From: Tubulanus polymorphus
Taxonomy: Eukaryota > Animalia > Nemertea
Length of the DNA: 64,000 nucleotides
Assembly: GCF_964204645.1 (NCBI RefSeq)
Contig: NC_134025.1
Coordinates: forward strand, 1,798,001 to 1,862,000
Direction: 5' to 3'
Shown: positions 43,101 through 57,461 of the stretch, piece by piece
Layout of the letters: each line of letters starts with the position of its first letter
Numbering within the stretch: the first letter of the stretch is position 1
Translations under genes and position numbers: made by a program
Notes under the pieces: model-generated
What the model saw: the letters and a program-made list of their open reading frames with translations, nothing else
Databases searched by the model: none
Told to the model about the DNA's origin: nothing

Positions 43101-46100
43101 TATAGTATCACGCTTACTGTCAATGATTCTATACAAGGCGCTTATAATGAAATCCACGGTGATGACTTACGCAATATTACAGATTTCATCATTTTTTTTC
43201 GAGTTCGAATTACTGCCATAAACACTGACAAAGCAGTCGTCCGTCCTTTATTCAATTTCCGATTTACAACAAAGGCTACTCATAAAAATACAACAAAATG
43301 AGTGGATATTTGATATGAAATCACTTACGTGGTGAAGGTGTATTGAAGTTGATCCGTTGAGACAAAGGCATCGGTTTCGGGCTACTGAAAATAAACAAAG
43401 AAATTTGTTCATCAATCCATTCATCAAAATCCCTGCGCGCAGGATTTTACCCAGCTCGTCGTAGTAAAATTTGACACGTAATTTTAGACGGAAACGTTAT
43501 ATGAGATGTCAGTACGATTGAAGAAGTACAAACTGTTCGGAATTATTTATTAGTTCGATACAAAATTAACGTCAAATGCAACGAAATGTCAACAAAAACG
43601 ACGACACGGCGCGAGACTTTCCGACTTCAAAACATTCTTCGTCTAGAATGGTTACTATGGATACATGGAAAGCTTGATCACAAGTGGCGATGATGGAATA
43701 CTAATCAGATTCACTAAGAAACATAATGAATGTAGTGAGAATGTATCCTGAAATACCGACAGATATATCTCAACCTTCCTCTAACTCTCATCTCTATATA
43801 ACTTATATCTGATATAAATCACTGGAAAAATATCATTCTGTTTGCTTTAAGTTTAAAACGGAAAATACAGCACTTGAAAAAGAAATAAGTCAGAAAATGT
43901 TTCTTCAGGGTAATGATATATTTTTGACGTTTCGACTATATTCTAATAGTCATCTTAGGAATACTAAGGTTACGACATAATCATTCCTGAAGATGACTCT
44001 CAAAACATAGTTGAAACATTGAAAACAAACCATTTAAGTAAATGAGACTTTTTCGGACTCGTTTTCTCTCCAAATTGGGATTTTCAATATTATGAACTGA
44101 GTGTTTCACCGATTGGATCAGGTTTGCCTCGAGATAGAATAAAACATGTCGTCTTATGACGCGAATGATTGAAGATTTCAACGAGAAAAACTGCTACAAA
44201 AACTGAACCATTTGTATTGATGAATTCTAATGTAAAACCAGATCATCCGCACAGAATTACGCTAAGCAATAATAGACACTTTACGTTTGCTGTTAATTTG
44301 ATAAAGTGTGAAGCAATCAGGAATAAGATAGCCACGTTTATAATCAGGAAACCATGGTAACGTATAAACACAAGTAATTACGAATTCAGCCAATAGTGCC
44401 GTAAAAACGAAAGAACCGAACTATGTCAGTTTTGTAGCTGGAAGGCAAGGCGTCAGAGGAGAGAGAGAGAGAGAGAGAGTCAGAGGAGAGAGAGGAGAGA
44501 GGAAGAGACAATCTATCTCTCTTACAGTGATATTGATGTTAGAATAAAATCTATCATCTTATTTAAACCCAATACATTTCATTCAACGCAGGGTTAATCG
44601 GTACACGCCACCTGATACCTGATACCTGATACCTAGTTTAATTGTAAATCAACTAGAAATGATTTTGATTTTTTAGAGCATTTTGAAAGTTTTGGAAGAA
44701 GTTGAGCTCTGTTGAGTAGAAACTACAAGTAGTCGTTGTCAAGTCCGCTTTTTTATCTTCAGAATTCAGAATCTCAATCCAAGAATTTCTGGAGGCATTC
44801 ATAGTGCGCATAAACATTACTCTGATAATCAATTGGAGTAGAAAATCTGGCGGTAATTATCCGAGAAAAACATAACACATGATTAGACACCTATAAGACC
44901 GAGGCTTAAATTCAATTTTCAAGACTAATTGATTTGGAGGTAATTGCGTAAGATGAAAAACTAAGCTAATCACTTTTCAATGAGGTTTAAAAACAATTTC
45001 TTCCCCCTCGATAGCAAACACAATTTGCGTCGGATAATTCTATAAAGTTAAAAGTGTTTTCCGTCCAGGAGAAAAAACCGAGCGTATTTTTATTACTAAA
45101 GGAATTTGATCTAAGTTCAAAGCGAAATTGAAACTATCTTCTATAATTCAGTGTCGCGAATCACTTGCAGCCAACTGTAAATAAACCCGATTCCGGAATC
45201 TGATGTCGAGAAATAAAATAAGAAGTCATTGATTGATCTTTCTTCATCATTTTATCCATTATGGCGCGGAATATTCACATAACAACAAAATAATGACGCA
45301 GCGCTGCGACAAGACCTGGTAGAGCGCGGTACGCGGCGCGCGGCTAGCTGCCGGCAAACATCGCAAAATAATAACAAACGTTTGGTAGTTTCTATGGTAA
45401 CGAGGACTCCGCGGTGCGGGTCCTTACCAAACAAAAGCGGTCACAAAACGTTACACAATTAGCCGACTGATAGTTCTATCACGAACTGAACCCCGTAGAA
45501 ATATTCATCATTTATAAAAATCCTATGATAACAAGTTATCAGAACAACATTTAATGAGCTCGCCCGCTTGACATTGATAGGTGTTACTTTCCACAAACTG
45601 GGTTGAATTTCACTTAAACAGAAAAATACAAATTTAACTAATGATAAACATCAGTTTGATTAGTGACAAAATTTGATAAACCATGAATCAATTTTAGCCA
45701 TAGCTTGAGGTAGTTTGAGGTAGCAGGAGGTAGCAGGGTGTAGCTGGAGGTAACAGGATGAAGCAGGAGGTAGCAGGAGGTAGTTTGAGGTAGCAGGAGG
45801 TAGCTGGAGGTAGCAGGATGTAGCTGGAGGTAGCAGGAGGTTGTTTGATGTAGCAGGAGGTAGCAGGATGTAGCTGGAGGTAACAGGATGAAGCTGGAGG
45901 TAGCAGGAGGTAGTTTGAGGTAGCAGGAGGTAGCTGGAGGTAGCAGGATGTAGCTGGAGGTAGCAGGAGGTTGTTTGATGTAGCAGGAGGTAGCAGGATG
46001 TAGCTGGAGGTAACAGGATGAAGCTGGAGGTAGCAGGAGGTAGTTTGAGGTAGCAGGAGGTAGCAGGATGTAGCTGGAGGTAGCAGGAGGTTGTTTGATG

Positions 46101-49100
46101 TAGCAGGAGGTAGCAGGATGTAGCTGGAGGTAACAGGATGAAGCTGGAGGTAGCAGGAGGTAGTTTAAGGTAGCAGGAGGTAGCAGGAGGTAGTTTGAGG
46201 TAGCAGGATGTAGCAGGATGTAGCTGGAGGTAGCAGGAGGTAGCAGGAGGTAGTGGTCTGGAGTAAGGAATCGTAGAGATGCAAACTATCTATAAAGACA
46301 CTAACCATCAACCCATGCGGCTGTGTTTAAATAGTTTCAATTCGGTAAATTGCAGTTGTTAAGAAGCGCGGAGCAAGATTTCCCATTGGGACAGAAGATT
46401 ACAGTAATGCAAGTGGAGTGTTTTTACCATCAATCTAACATGATTCTATTTGCCTTCGAAACTCGGCGCCGCCGCCGAGTGCCAAGTGCTCGTTCAGTCA
46501 GGTATCAAAAATGAAACCATTCATCGCTGTACGTCACATTTTCTAACAGATGTTCTTATATTTTGACGAGTAAAATGAGTTAATGTCTGACAAGAGAGAT
46601 CTAGAGCGTTTATGGCTATTCTTCGATAAAGAATGTTTTATATCAATTGAAGTTTGAAATAATCGCGGATGCGTTGAAAATAATGAAACAAAAATGAATC
46701 GTCGATATTATTACAACTGCGGTATATAAACTAACCACCTTCGTAACACCAAAAACACTACTTCTATTTCTCATAAAAGTTATTGCTCATTTCTCTTGCT
46801 TCCTGACCATCGCCGAACAGCAATGTCAACACAAACCATCCTTGTTGCTTTTAATGAAGGAAATAGAATGCACAACCCTTGTCTATGAAAATACTGTCGA
46901 GCTTTTCATTTACAAATAGCGAATTAATGGCGCCATAGCATAGCAATTAATGCGTGTTTTATTAGTTCATCGTTTGAACCGTGAAGGTTATTCCTTTAAC
47001 CGTTAACGCAGCTCCTCCTTACGCTAATCGGTATCTAAACGTTTAAGCGGTTTGGTAAAAATGGATGCAGGAAATTTGATACGGTACCGATCAATCAGAC
47101 AAGTCTAAACGACAGTGAGAAGAGGTGAGAGAAGGATACAGCTATTGATTACACGCTACTTTATCAACCGTGTAACAAACCACACGACCGACCGTTTATC
47201 AACGAATCAAACTGATTTCTATTGCTATGATAATCGTTATAAAACATCGGATGAAAGTGAAACGAATGTTTCAGGAATCTGTGATGTTGCAGACGTATTT
47301 CGACGTACAGTCAACAAATCATGCTATTGACCTTTCGCTGTAAAATCAACACATTTTAAAAAGCTTGTACAGACACTGTATAATCACTTACACTAACATA
47401 TTAACCTATATATATCAATAGTTGAAACAAGAAGCACTTATGTAGAGCAATATCTCCTAATATAACCTTCAAGCTAGTATTTTTTAGATTATTTGATCGC
47501 CTATAGAACCAATACATCATGCAACCTGGTGCCGAGTCCATATCTTGGTAACTTACCTATTCAGTGAACTATTGCTATAAGACTGAGTCTGTTGAGGGTT
47601 AGCTAACATCTGTAATTGATGATAAGGGTGGTATGGGGTCTTCCTGAGGGCTTGTAATAGATTCGGTCTATATTCCGGATCTATACACCATAATGAACCT
47701 TTACCAATACTCTGAAAATAACAAACAAACAATAGAGAATTCAACAATGAATCGATTCATTATAATTTACATGTTGAAACAAGTGGATGAGGGGGACGAG
47801 GGGGAGACGAGGGGACCGGGGGGACAGGATGATCAGATGATGGATTCGATGAGTGTTGCACTCGAGGAGATCCATCCGGTGTCGCTAGTGTGCATTCAGA
47901 CAGCTGAGTCCCGGATATCTTTTCAGATTCAATTCAAATTTATTGATAATTTCTCAAATTTTACTAAGATGAATGAAAAAAGTGAGAGATTTGAATGATT
48001 TGTGTTTGATGCACGCGGTATCAGTTCTGGGATGCAGTTAATAAGGGATTATTTTCAATTATATCGTTTGTGTTTACACTTGACACCTCGTCTCTGGCAG
48101 TTGTTTAATCACGGTTCAGTCTCATCTTTGAACAGTTAAAACCGATCAATTATCAACTGCTGAGAAGCCGGTCGCCAGAGATACAACATTGAAAAATAGA
48201 ATTTATTTCAGATGATAAATGAGTTTGTGACAGATATGAACTAACTGAAATCTGATGTCTATATGTATTTATGATTAACGGGACACAGCTGCTGTCCCGC
48301 TGCTGCTGTCCCGCCGCTGTCCCCTGAGACATACACCCAATTAATATCGCTATGGTTACCACGAGTAACATCTGAATTAACAAAATTAAGGAATTTATTT
48401 CAAAATTAAACACTACATAAATCATTTGTGTTCGGGGAAATTATTACTATTAGAGCAACTGAATGAGATAAATGATTTTGGACAAAACGGTCAAATAGTG
48501 TCTCACGTGGAGAAAATTATTTACAAATAAGCAATGTCCACTGTTTGGTTCATTGCCAGGTATAGTGAGTAACTTCATTAGCACCCGTTGCTCGTGGTTC
48601 CTTGGCATCCCTTTTTAAACACTGGTATTATGAAAAATATGATTACTTCATACACCAAGATCGAGCCCCAGGATTTAGCAGTTATTTTGCAATGCAGTGA
48701 GAGGAAGTGGATTTCGAGGTTTTAAAGAGAATTTCGACTCCCTGTTAAAAATCCTGGGGATACCCATGAACCCGATTAACCGCGTTTAAATGATTATTTT
48801 CGAAGATGATAAAAGAGGCAAAATTGCGAAGGTGATTCCAGCTCTGATCAGACATGCATTCTACACCGCGCGTGAAGAACAATGTTACTAATAAATCTTT
48901 GTCAACATATGTGACTCAATCCATAAAGAGGAGACCCTGGTAAGTGACTGGCGTAATAAGAAACATTATAGAAGCTTTTCACTAATAACAAAATGAGAGC
49001 TCAAAATCAAATAAGAATCAAGCATCTCCATGGAAACTAATTAGTGAAATAAATCTCTTGAGGTCAATAGAGGAGGAATGCACTGAAATCAGCGATCCGA

Positions 49101-51313
49101 TCTGATGCGGGTATTTAGACAGTTCACTGAATCATGCAAACATTACTTATAATCTTCTATCATTAACTGAAACATCCAGATATTCTGAACATTTTCATTT
49201 TTTGTGTGTAATTCTATTCGGGCTATGAGTTGGATTGGACAGTAAAAGCGATCGCATAGAGAAGATTTGGCCGGGACCTGGTCCGTGTAAAACCCCACAA
49301 TGATTGCATGACTTTACAAGGTTTATTTGAAAATATTTTGGGTGGTTTCTACCTACCTTCATCTTCAGACTAAAATATCACATTCTAGACTGAAGCAAGG
49401 TGGTACGAACTATCTAAATATTCATATAATTTGATAAACTTTTTAGTCATTCAACTATAGTCAGATTTTAAATTTTTTGTTTCATCACGGATATTGTGAT
49501 CTAAGAACCAGTTAGCATCACACGGAATAATTTGACCCACGCCAAAATCTGGCAATAACTGGGTCAAAAATGCTTACGCGATCACCACTCATCATGGCGC
49601 AGGAAGTGGATATGGTCCACTCTATTGAATCTAACACTCATGGATTGCCGGGATTAACAATAATGGCTTCATCATTAGCTATAAACTAACAGCCGGAATG
49701 TAACATTGTACTCAGCATCCTCATACACAGCACCAACTTCCTATTACTATTTACAAATCAATCAGTAGGAAAAAACTGTGTTTCTATTTAGAGAATAGGG
49801 TCACCAGGTATAAACACCTCCCTATCTCACATACAGTCTTCAAATCAGTTCATTGTAATAATGATGATTAATTATAGATTCGCGATGAATCAGAATCTGA
49901 ATAACTGACAGGCAATCGCTGAGTGTGAACTAACTGCCTGTGGTCAAATATTCATAAAATGCACATCCACAGACAGACATTCCACCGAGAATCGGTTACC
50001 AAATTTTACACTTTTTTTAACCACTGAAAAGAATTTACTATTGGCCAATACAAAATACATGAAATACATATAGATATTTAGAACGTATTTGTCAAAGACC
50101 GTTTTCATATTGAACAACTACAGCTGGTTGAACAGAATGGCAATGATTATAAAACCCCGAGCAACACGAGGCAGACGGCATCTATTCAGCAATTGTAACA
50201 ACAATTTAACGGAAACAGCTGTAGTCATATAGGATCTGTGTGTATGCTGGTAAATATATGTTCTATCATTAGTTAAATATGTCATGTATTCAGCAGGCAA
50301 ATAGATAGCATATTCTATACACACATAGTATTCTATCTCATATTCAAGCTACCTCCAACCACGTAGAAAGCCAAGCCGAGAGACCCTTACTTCGACCCTA
50401 GAACATTTGCTATCCCTATAGAGAAGAATCCTAAAATGATAACTAAAACAATAACAAAAAGTCCGAAAGGAATCCCTTAAGATGACAATTAGAACATAGT
50501 CGAATAAACAACTAGCTCGAGGAATCATTTTCCGACTTTATATTATTTGTTTCGTAATTATATATTCATTATTCAGCTCTATAGATTAACGTCATGATAT
50601 AGTGTTTTATCACTGGTTATCTCAACTTCTACCCTTGTAAAGCCAAGTCAAAAGTGAAACCTAATAGATCTAAATATTACCTGTCCTTTTTCCTTGTCGA
50701 CTTTCTTGAAGCATTTATTTAGTGACAGATTATGCCGTACAGAGTTTTTCCAACCGGTCGGCGCGTTTTGGAAGTACGGAAAGTGAGTTAATATCCAGTT
50801 ATATATATCCTTAACCGGAAGTCTTTTCTGAGGCGAATCCTCGATCGCCATAAAAATAAGACAACTAAAAGAGTACGGAGGTTTACTATTAACGTGTTTG
50901 TGAGGATTGTACGGCACGTGAGGAGGATGTATCTGAGGACCTCCGTTTACAGTTTCCAGATTTCCGTCGGCGTTCTCCTTTTGACACTCGCCGTCGATCG
51001 TATCGGAACTCGGCCCGGCGCCGGGCGCCGCGTTCATGTTTTTTAATAGATCCGAGTCTTGTAACCACGATAAACTCGTCAATTCTTCGTCGTCGTCCAT
51101 ATCTGACGATTTATCTAAACTTATTTCTCCGAAACAGCTTTGACTGAGCGGATCGGTATCGGACCCATCATCGGAATCCATTAATTGTAACGCCTTCGAT
51201 AAAGCGCTTCCCGGGAAACTTTGACTTAAACTATTCACTAAACGTTGTCTCATCGAAGAGTCGCTTTCATCTATCGGTTTTTCCGCTTCCATCGTCGCTT
51301 TTAAATCCTTCAT
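40179..51313 (-). CDS. FOXN3: Forkhead box N2/3 transcription factor, 7 coding exons
   Basis: Exons 51313-50681 (ELTSLSWLQ; [51 protein letters not shown]), 47711-47557 ([22 protein letters not shown]), 43384-43329, 42680-42630 (HLFPFL), 42117-42043 ([11 protein letters not shown]), 41299-41242, 40647-40179 (EDHTYS; [11 protein letters not shown]; stop). Reading phases are consistent. This is the invertebrate co-orthologue of FOXN2 and FOXN3. A likely 5' UTR exon ends at ~54448. Confidence 0.95.
40696..40942. mobile_element. MITE, hAT-like, with internal GGGCAAGT motifs
   Basis: CAAGGACCGACT ... AGATCGGACCCTG termini and repeated GGGCAAGT/ACTTGTCCC subterminal motifs. Confidence 0.55.
43921..44025. 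mobile_element. Inverted pair of degenerate hammerhead-like motifs (Penelope-type terminus remnant)
   Basis: Minus strand: CT-AAGA TGACTAT tagaat ATAGTC GAAAC GTC. Plus strand: CTGAAGA TGACT..AGTT GAAAC. Confidence 0.45.
45703..46252. repeat. 10-bp minisatellite (GTAGCAGGAG variants), ~55 units with higher-order periodicity
   Basis: Variants GTAGCAGGAG, GTAGCTGGAG, GTAGCAGGAT and GTAGTTTGAG recur in ordered ~120-130-bp blocks. Confidence 0.97.
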
Positions 51314-53990
51314 TTATATCCTAAAAATATACGACAAAATATAAAACATAATCAATCAGTATTTATCAGTTACGCGGTTCCTCCTCGGAATGAGCAGTGA
51401 ACGGTGTATGAAAGTTTTGAACCCGAGTAGTTTAAGATGAGCCATGAGGGATTGAGCTAAATGTGAAAACAAGTAATACTTGTAGCCGTGAACCAATTCT
51501 ATTAGAATTTATGAGCTTTCGCTTCGAATTCATAGAGAAGCAACTGATTCATCATCAGGTAAATCAGTAAATTAAACGACTTCAGTTTGGATTTGTATAA
51601 AAAAACAATACGGCGACTTCTTAACGCCGCGTCACCCCTTCCTACATCGAGTGAAAGAATTTCATCACACAAAGAACTTTCAAAAAAGTTAAGATACAAC
51701 GGATCAACAGTTTAAACGGATTGAATAATCACAAACCTATCGCTAGATGACGCTTCGTTATCGATATTCCTACAACACGCGATCATTAAAACATACAGAA
51801 TCCACAAAATATAAACATTAAGAACATCGTAAAGAGCAGAGGAGGACCACGAGACAAGACACCATCAGCGGCGGCGGCCTCATTCATTCACTCACTGCCG
51901 CCGTCTGTGAATAATAGCTGGGTCATGTGATCAAACCGTTCTCATGGTGATGGAGTAATTGTTACACGGGCGGTGTATCGAGAATCAACCAGTCATCTGT
52001 TAGTATTCTACCCAAAACTTCTAACTCGCCTGGCTCTATTTCTTTTGTCAATTTCAAAATGAAGCAATCTGCGCCGGTGGTGGATAATAACGTTGACCCA
52101 GCTGTATTGAATTGAATGAGTACAATAGATCGGAGGTTTTTTCTTTCTAGTCGCTTTTGAGAACAATATCGACTCCTGGTATGAAGGGCTACACGTGAAT
52201 TAATCTATTTCATTGTGAACTAATGGAGAAATTATCTCAAACAAAAACCACTGAAATCGTAATAGCTTTTCACATCAAATATTATATAACTAAAGTCCAT
52301 TCTAGCGGCTAATAGTAGCTGGTAAACAGAGGGGGCTGGCACGAAACCAAACCACATTTTGAATATCAAATTTAACCCTACCTTGACTGAGCTGGTATTT
52401 CCTTGAACTGACCAGTAATTGATTAAGGCCAGTATTTATAGTTATCTAAGTTCCATTGTTCATTTAAAGTGGGAGAAAGTTTATTCCACAGTTTTCATAA
52501 GACCACTACAGGGTTATTAGTGCTATTAGTCGAGCAACAGTGACCGCAGACAATTATCAATTACTTCATTACGCCTTCATTAGACTGTCTTTAATCCCTA
52601 TTGTTACTGTTAAGTAATAATAATCCTTGTAAAAACCTTTGTCACAAGTTTGTTTAAGCGTTAACCTTTGATCTAGGATTCTACAATATAAAGTGTGCCA
52701 CCAGTCTGGCACTATGCCCAAATGAATTTGCTAAGTATTTCTTATTTCATAACCATTGGCAATAAATACAAATACAGAAACATCAATGGAATATAGTGTT
52801 TTTTTCTGTAGGAATAGCTTTGGAAAAGAAAGAGAACTTAGTACAAAACAAGGAGAACTAATAAGACATATTACAGATTATATATATATATATACATACA
52901 CAGCCCGAAGGGGCTTATATTTATAGAGCAGAAACTAATATGATTTCTGATTAGTTTTTGATTGTTTGGCTAACTTACTAAGCCAACCTAGAGGCCAAAA
53001 AACGAAACAAACAAGGGCTGTACAACAGCAGAACCTGCGTATATCAGAGCAAAGATACCTCACTGACTGATTGAATTATCACTAGATGTAAGGGTTTCAC
53101 ATAGGAGTTTAACGTACCATGATGTAGAAATGATCTTCCATCCTGATAGAATACATGTACAACGTAAGCAGTAGATATCTATATGTGAGAGAGGGCTGTT
53201 TAGTATATATTGATGGTAAGTATTGCTATAGTAACGTATAAACATTCTCCACCGATCTAAAAATACATCAACAAACCTACCTCCCTCTCACTAACACTGA
53301 CTAATGGAGATAACTCCCCGATTAACTAACTAGATTGTAAAAACAACTGTAGGAAATTAAACATGCAAAAATAACCGCGATGAATGTGTGCAATTATTAT
53401 GAAATTATTCTAAACCAGGAAGTTTTCAAACCAGTAACACAACCTTCTATAGGACAAAGAATAACTGTCAGACCCTGTCAGACAGAGAACAGGATATCTC
53501 TAGTAACATTTCACTCATATAAAAGTAACAATCTCTAAAATCACTAAGCTGGATGGAATGAATATTAGTAACTAGTTGACGATAAGTCAAACATTTCATA
53601 GAAGAACCCGCAATAAGTACAATCAGGGGCCTATTTCTAATGCAATAAAAAAAGGCATATTTAAGAAGTGTATTAAATATTTCGCATTTGAGTGGATGGT
53701 TTGAGATGCATTTTCAAATAGAAAACTTGTTCTTATCCAATCAATTACGTAAGGGAGGTTATATTATTAAGATTCTGTATAACAAGGCAACACTTGAGGG
53801 TGTTGTACTCCCTGGATTCCTGCTTATGAAACTGTACATGTGACTCGGGGAAAAAACTAGCATTGTTTTATCTAAATAGATAAAGTTACTCAATTCATAC
53901 CGATGAACATCAACAATCTCACAACCAATCTCACGTTGAAATTAGAAGATTGAAAGAATCAATCAATTGAAACCCTACGATATTAGCTAT

Positions 53991-54075
53991 ACACACACCG
54001 ACTGACACCGGCTGACTGCCCTGCACTGTGCATACACACAACGACTGACACCGGCTGACTGCCCTGCACTGTGCA
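53991..54075. repeat. ~43-bp direct duplication
   Basis: CGACTGACACCGGCTGACTGCCCTGCACTGTGCA occurs twice. Confidence 0.85.
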
Positions 54076-55997
54076 CGTTCCCTTATTCCATTGTGTTGCT
54101 TAGCAATGATAAAACTTTACCATGGTAACTGCATGGAATGTTAAATTTGCGCTGAATAGTGGATGTATGAAAATTCCGAAAGATACGTCCAGCCATACGG
54201 TCAATATACAGCGGTACATCCTCACACCTGATCAACCCGTTCCACGCACGGTTAGTGGTAAAAAAACCCTCAATTCTTCAAAGTAGGCAAAAATTCGCAC
54301 CGTGTACCGGCGATCAGTGATATTCCTGAAGTTAATAAACTACATTAGATAATGTAAATTCACTTGGATACATGGATACATTTTTTTTCATTAATATTTC
54401 ACATCAAAGCTTTCAGCGATTTTAGATTTGAGAGAAACTTCACTCACCGAGATCTACCCGTAATTAGTTAAAAATTCTGTGATCATCGAATAAGAACAAA
54501 ATCATCAAACGAGAAAGTTTTAAAATTTTTACAGTCAAATAAACACAGCGCAGTCTCAATGTTCAACCTGATATTCTAATATCAGCAGACACTTCTGTAT
54601 ACCACTCGCTAATTTGGATAATCGACCTACTCTGAGTTCAGACAAGTACCCATTACACATCACTTCTACCAATAGTAGGTCACGATAGTTTTCAAATTGA
54701 TATATATCAACAGATATTGGATGACAAATGAATACAAATTTGTAATCGAAAAAAGTGAAGAATTATTTGTTACGTAACCGGAAAATAATACGTTTGAAAA
54801 ATTATAATTGTGAAAGCCACAAAACAGTCAACAGTTTTATGAACTATCTATCTTGTTTTCCTTTATCAATTTCACCGATTACAAAACCCTGGATTTAAAA
54901 ATTCGCGAAGATTTGCTCGAAGTGCTCCCGTCGAAATCGAATGGCTGATCTTTTTACGCGCTTTGAGATAAGATTACCAGTTTTAATTTAAAGAACTGAT
55001 AAAATGTTAATTACTATTCAGGTACGAGAAGGTAGTAATGTTGCTGTCCATCGCCTGGAGATGTTTCTATGAGAAGTTGGCAGTAACCGGCGAGTAATGG
55101 ATGGATGATACTTAGCTCTAATAGTATAATATAACACAATCTACTACGACTAGACATTTCCAACAATTTAATTACAAGTTACCGTGGAAACTTAAGGAAT
55201 AAATTTACGATGATATACGTGTTCTCATCCGGCGGGCAGCGTAGGATCGCGAGCTCGCGGGGATCGACGTGATTTTTTGATTCGCTATTTAACATCCCCA
55301 AACGTGTTCATTACGTATTAGAACAATTTTATGAACAGCAGTCGGTTCGCAAAATATACACTCAATCTAATAAATAGCTATTTGTAAGATTGAAGCGAGC
55401 AATTATAGGTTTAAATTACTTGAAGAGAAAAGTGATTGAATTATCTTCGTTATCGCTTCATATCGGCGCCATCTATCGGACTCGGGAAAAATCGACTCTC
55501 GTAATTTACGTTACCATAGAAACGAAACAGAGCGCTGTCGATGGAAACTTCGACGGTTCGTAGAAACTATAAACTTTCTCCGAGACGACAACGACGATCG
55601 GTCGTCAACATGAAACAGATTCCGAAACACGTGTCAACATGTTCCCAACTGAAACCAAACGAAACCATCAACAGATAGGGGCAGTTCTACTTGAATTGTG
55701 ATTTTAATATTCTAATGTATCAACAATACTTCCTTCCGCTTTAACTGAACTCACAACATGTGCGCAATAATTTGAAATCTACAGTGGTATCGGCAACATC
55801 TGTTGACGTAACCATGACAACACCTCTAGTGTATGCGCTAAACGCGCCTATATATTTTTTTAACGAGAGAAATGTGTATTTCTAGCGTGTAATGTTAGAG
55901 AAGAGAGAGGATCATGAATGTTGATAAATCAAGAGGAATTTCCTCTGAACTACATATAGTAATAGTCGTTGATATTACACAACTTATATTTAGTCGT

Positions 55998-55999
<2 letters not shown>

Positions 56000-56051
<52 letters not shown>
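56000..56051. repeat. (TA)n microsatellite
   Basis: About 25 TA units. Confidence 0.97.
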
Positions 56052-56053
<2 letters not shown>

Positions 56054-57142
56054 TGTAATATCGATGATAAAACAAACTAAAAGCAGTGTTAGTTCAGTCC
56101 TCCTGCATATATCCCTCACCCGCCCGCCCGTCCCCTCCTACCCTACCGCGTATCATGTATAAATCTGATTACAATTTTCCGGCCCATATCGAGAATCGAA
56201 TCGGCAAATTTTGATTCATTCGATTACGTTTAGTGAGAAAGTGATTGAATAACACGAGAATCTATGATAATAAATCACTGTCGATTCCGGGTAGGGGGAG
56301 GGAGTTGGGGGGGGGAGGATGATAGTATCCGAGCAGAAAATCACTAGCAAGCGTTTTAACAAATGGTTATTTGTTTTATCTTTATTAAACGATGGACGGT
56401 TGGTTTACGGTCGGTCGGTCGCCGACCGGTTAATTGAACTTTCTTTTTATACATAAAGTGGTACGTAAGATTTACATATTGTCTGCACTGTTCACATCTC
56501 TTCAATGGCAACTGATACGTTGATGATGCCCATTTGACTTCAGGTTTCCATGGTGATGTTATCTAGAACAGATATACAGAAGAGAATGACTGGTCCCGGA
56601 CCCGATCCAAGAGAGCGCGCGGAGAAGCGTCTCTGGCAGTCGGTCGACGCATATGGCGTCATTATGCCTGAACAGAAGTAGTTTATCATCTAATACGGTT
56701 ACAACATGTTTACCTAAAACCAATCATTGCAAATACCAAATACCAACAATAGCCGGTATTCTACTGTTGTACGATATCGTCTAATTTTGATAGTCGAGAC
56801 TTCATCAGTTGCCAGTACTTCATCGGAGATATTTTTGATTTAAAATGAACTACGAATTCAGGCATCAGAGGCCAGTTTCTCAACATTAGGCTAATGATAA
56901 CTGGTGAATAAATACCATAGTATCAGTGAACTTTTAATTGTCACTTTATCAAGTATCCACTGTTTAACTTTAACCAACTTTTGAGAAACCGCCAAAATTA
57001 ATACTTTTTCACCATTCTTCAAATTCATGATTGCACAGACCATGATTGCGTGTTCAGAACTTCAAGACATTTTCCAATTTAAGACATTTTATCAGCACAC
57101 ATTCAAAGAGTGAAAAGCCATCATTATAAAAAAAATTGACAA

Positions 57143-57461
57143 GGGTGCAGGTTCCAGGCTGCAGTTGTCCGAAGGGGTACAGGTGCCTGGCTGCAGATTG
57201 TCTGAGGGGTGCAGTTCCTGGCTGCAGATTGTCTGAAGGGGTGCAGGTTCCAGGCTGCAGTTGTCTGAAGGGGTACAGGTGCCTGGCTGCAGATTGTCTG
57301 AGGGGTGCAATTCCTGGCTGCAGATTGTCTGAAGGGGTGCAGGTTCCAGGCTGCAGTTGTCTGAAGGGGCACAGGTACCTGGCTGCAGATTGTCTGAAGG
57401 GGTGCAGGGTCCAGGCTGCAGATTGTCTGAAGGGGGTGCAGAATCCAGGCTGCAGATTGTC
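57143..57461. repeat. ~27-29-bp minisatellite with a 3-unit higher-order repeat
   Basis: GGGGTGCAGGTTCCAGGCTGCAG(A)TTGTCTGAA variants. It explains the ORFs at 57092-57474. Confidence 0.95.
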
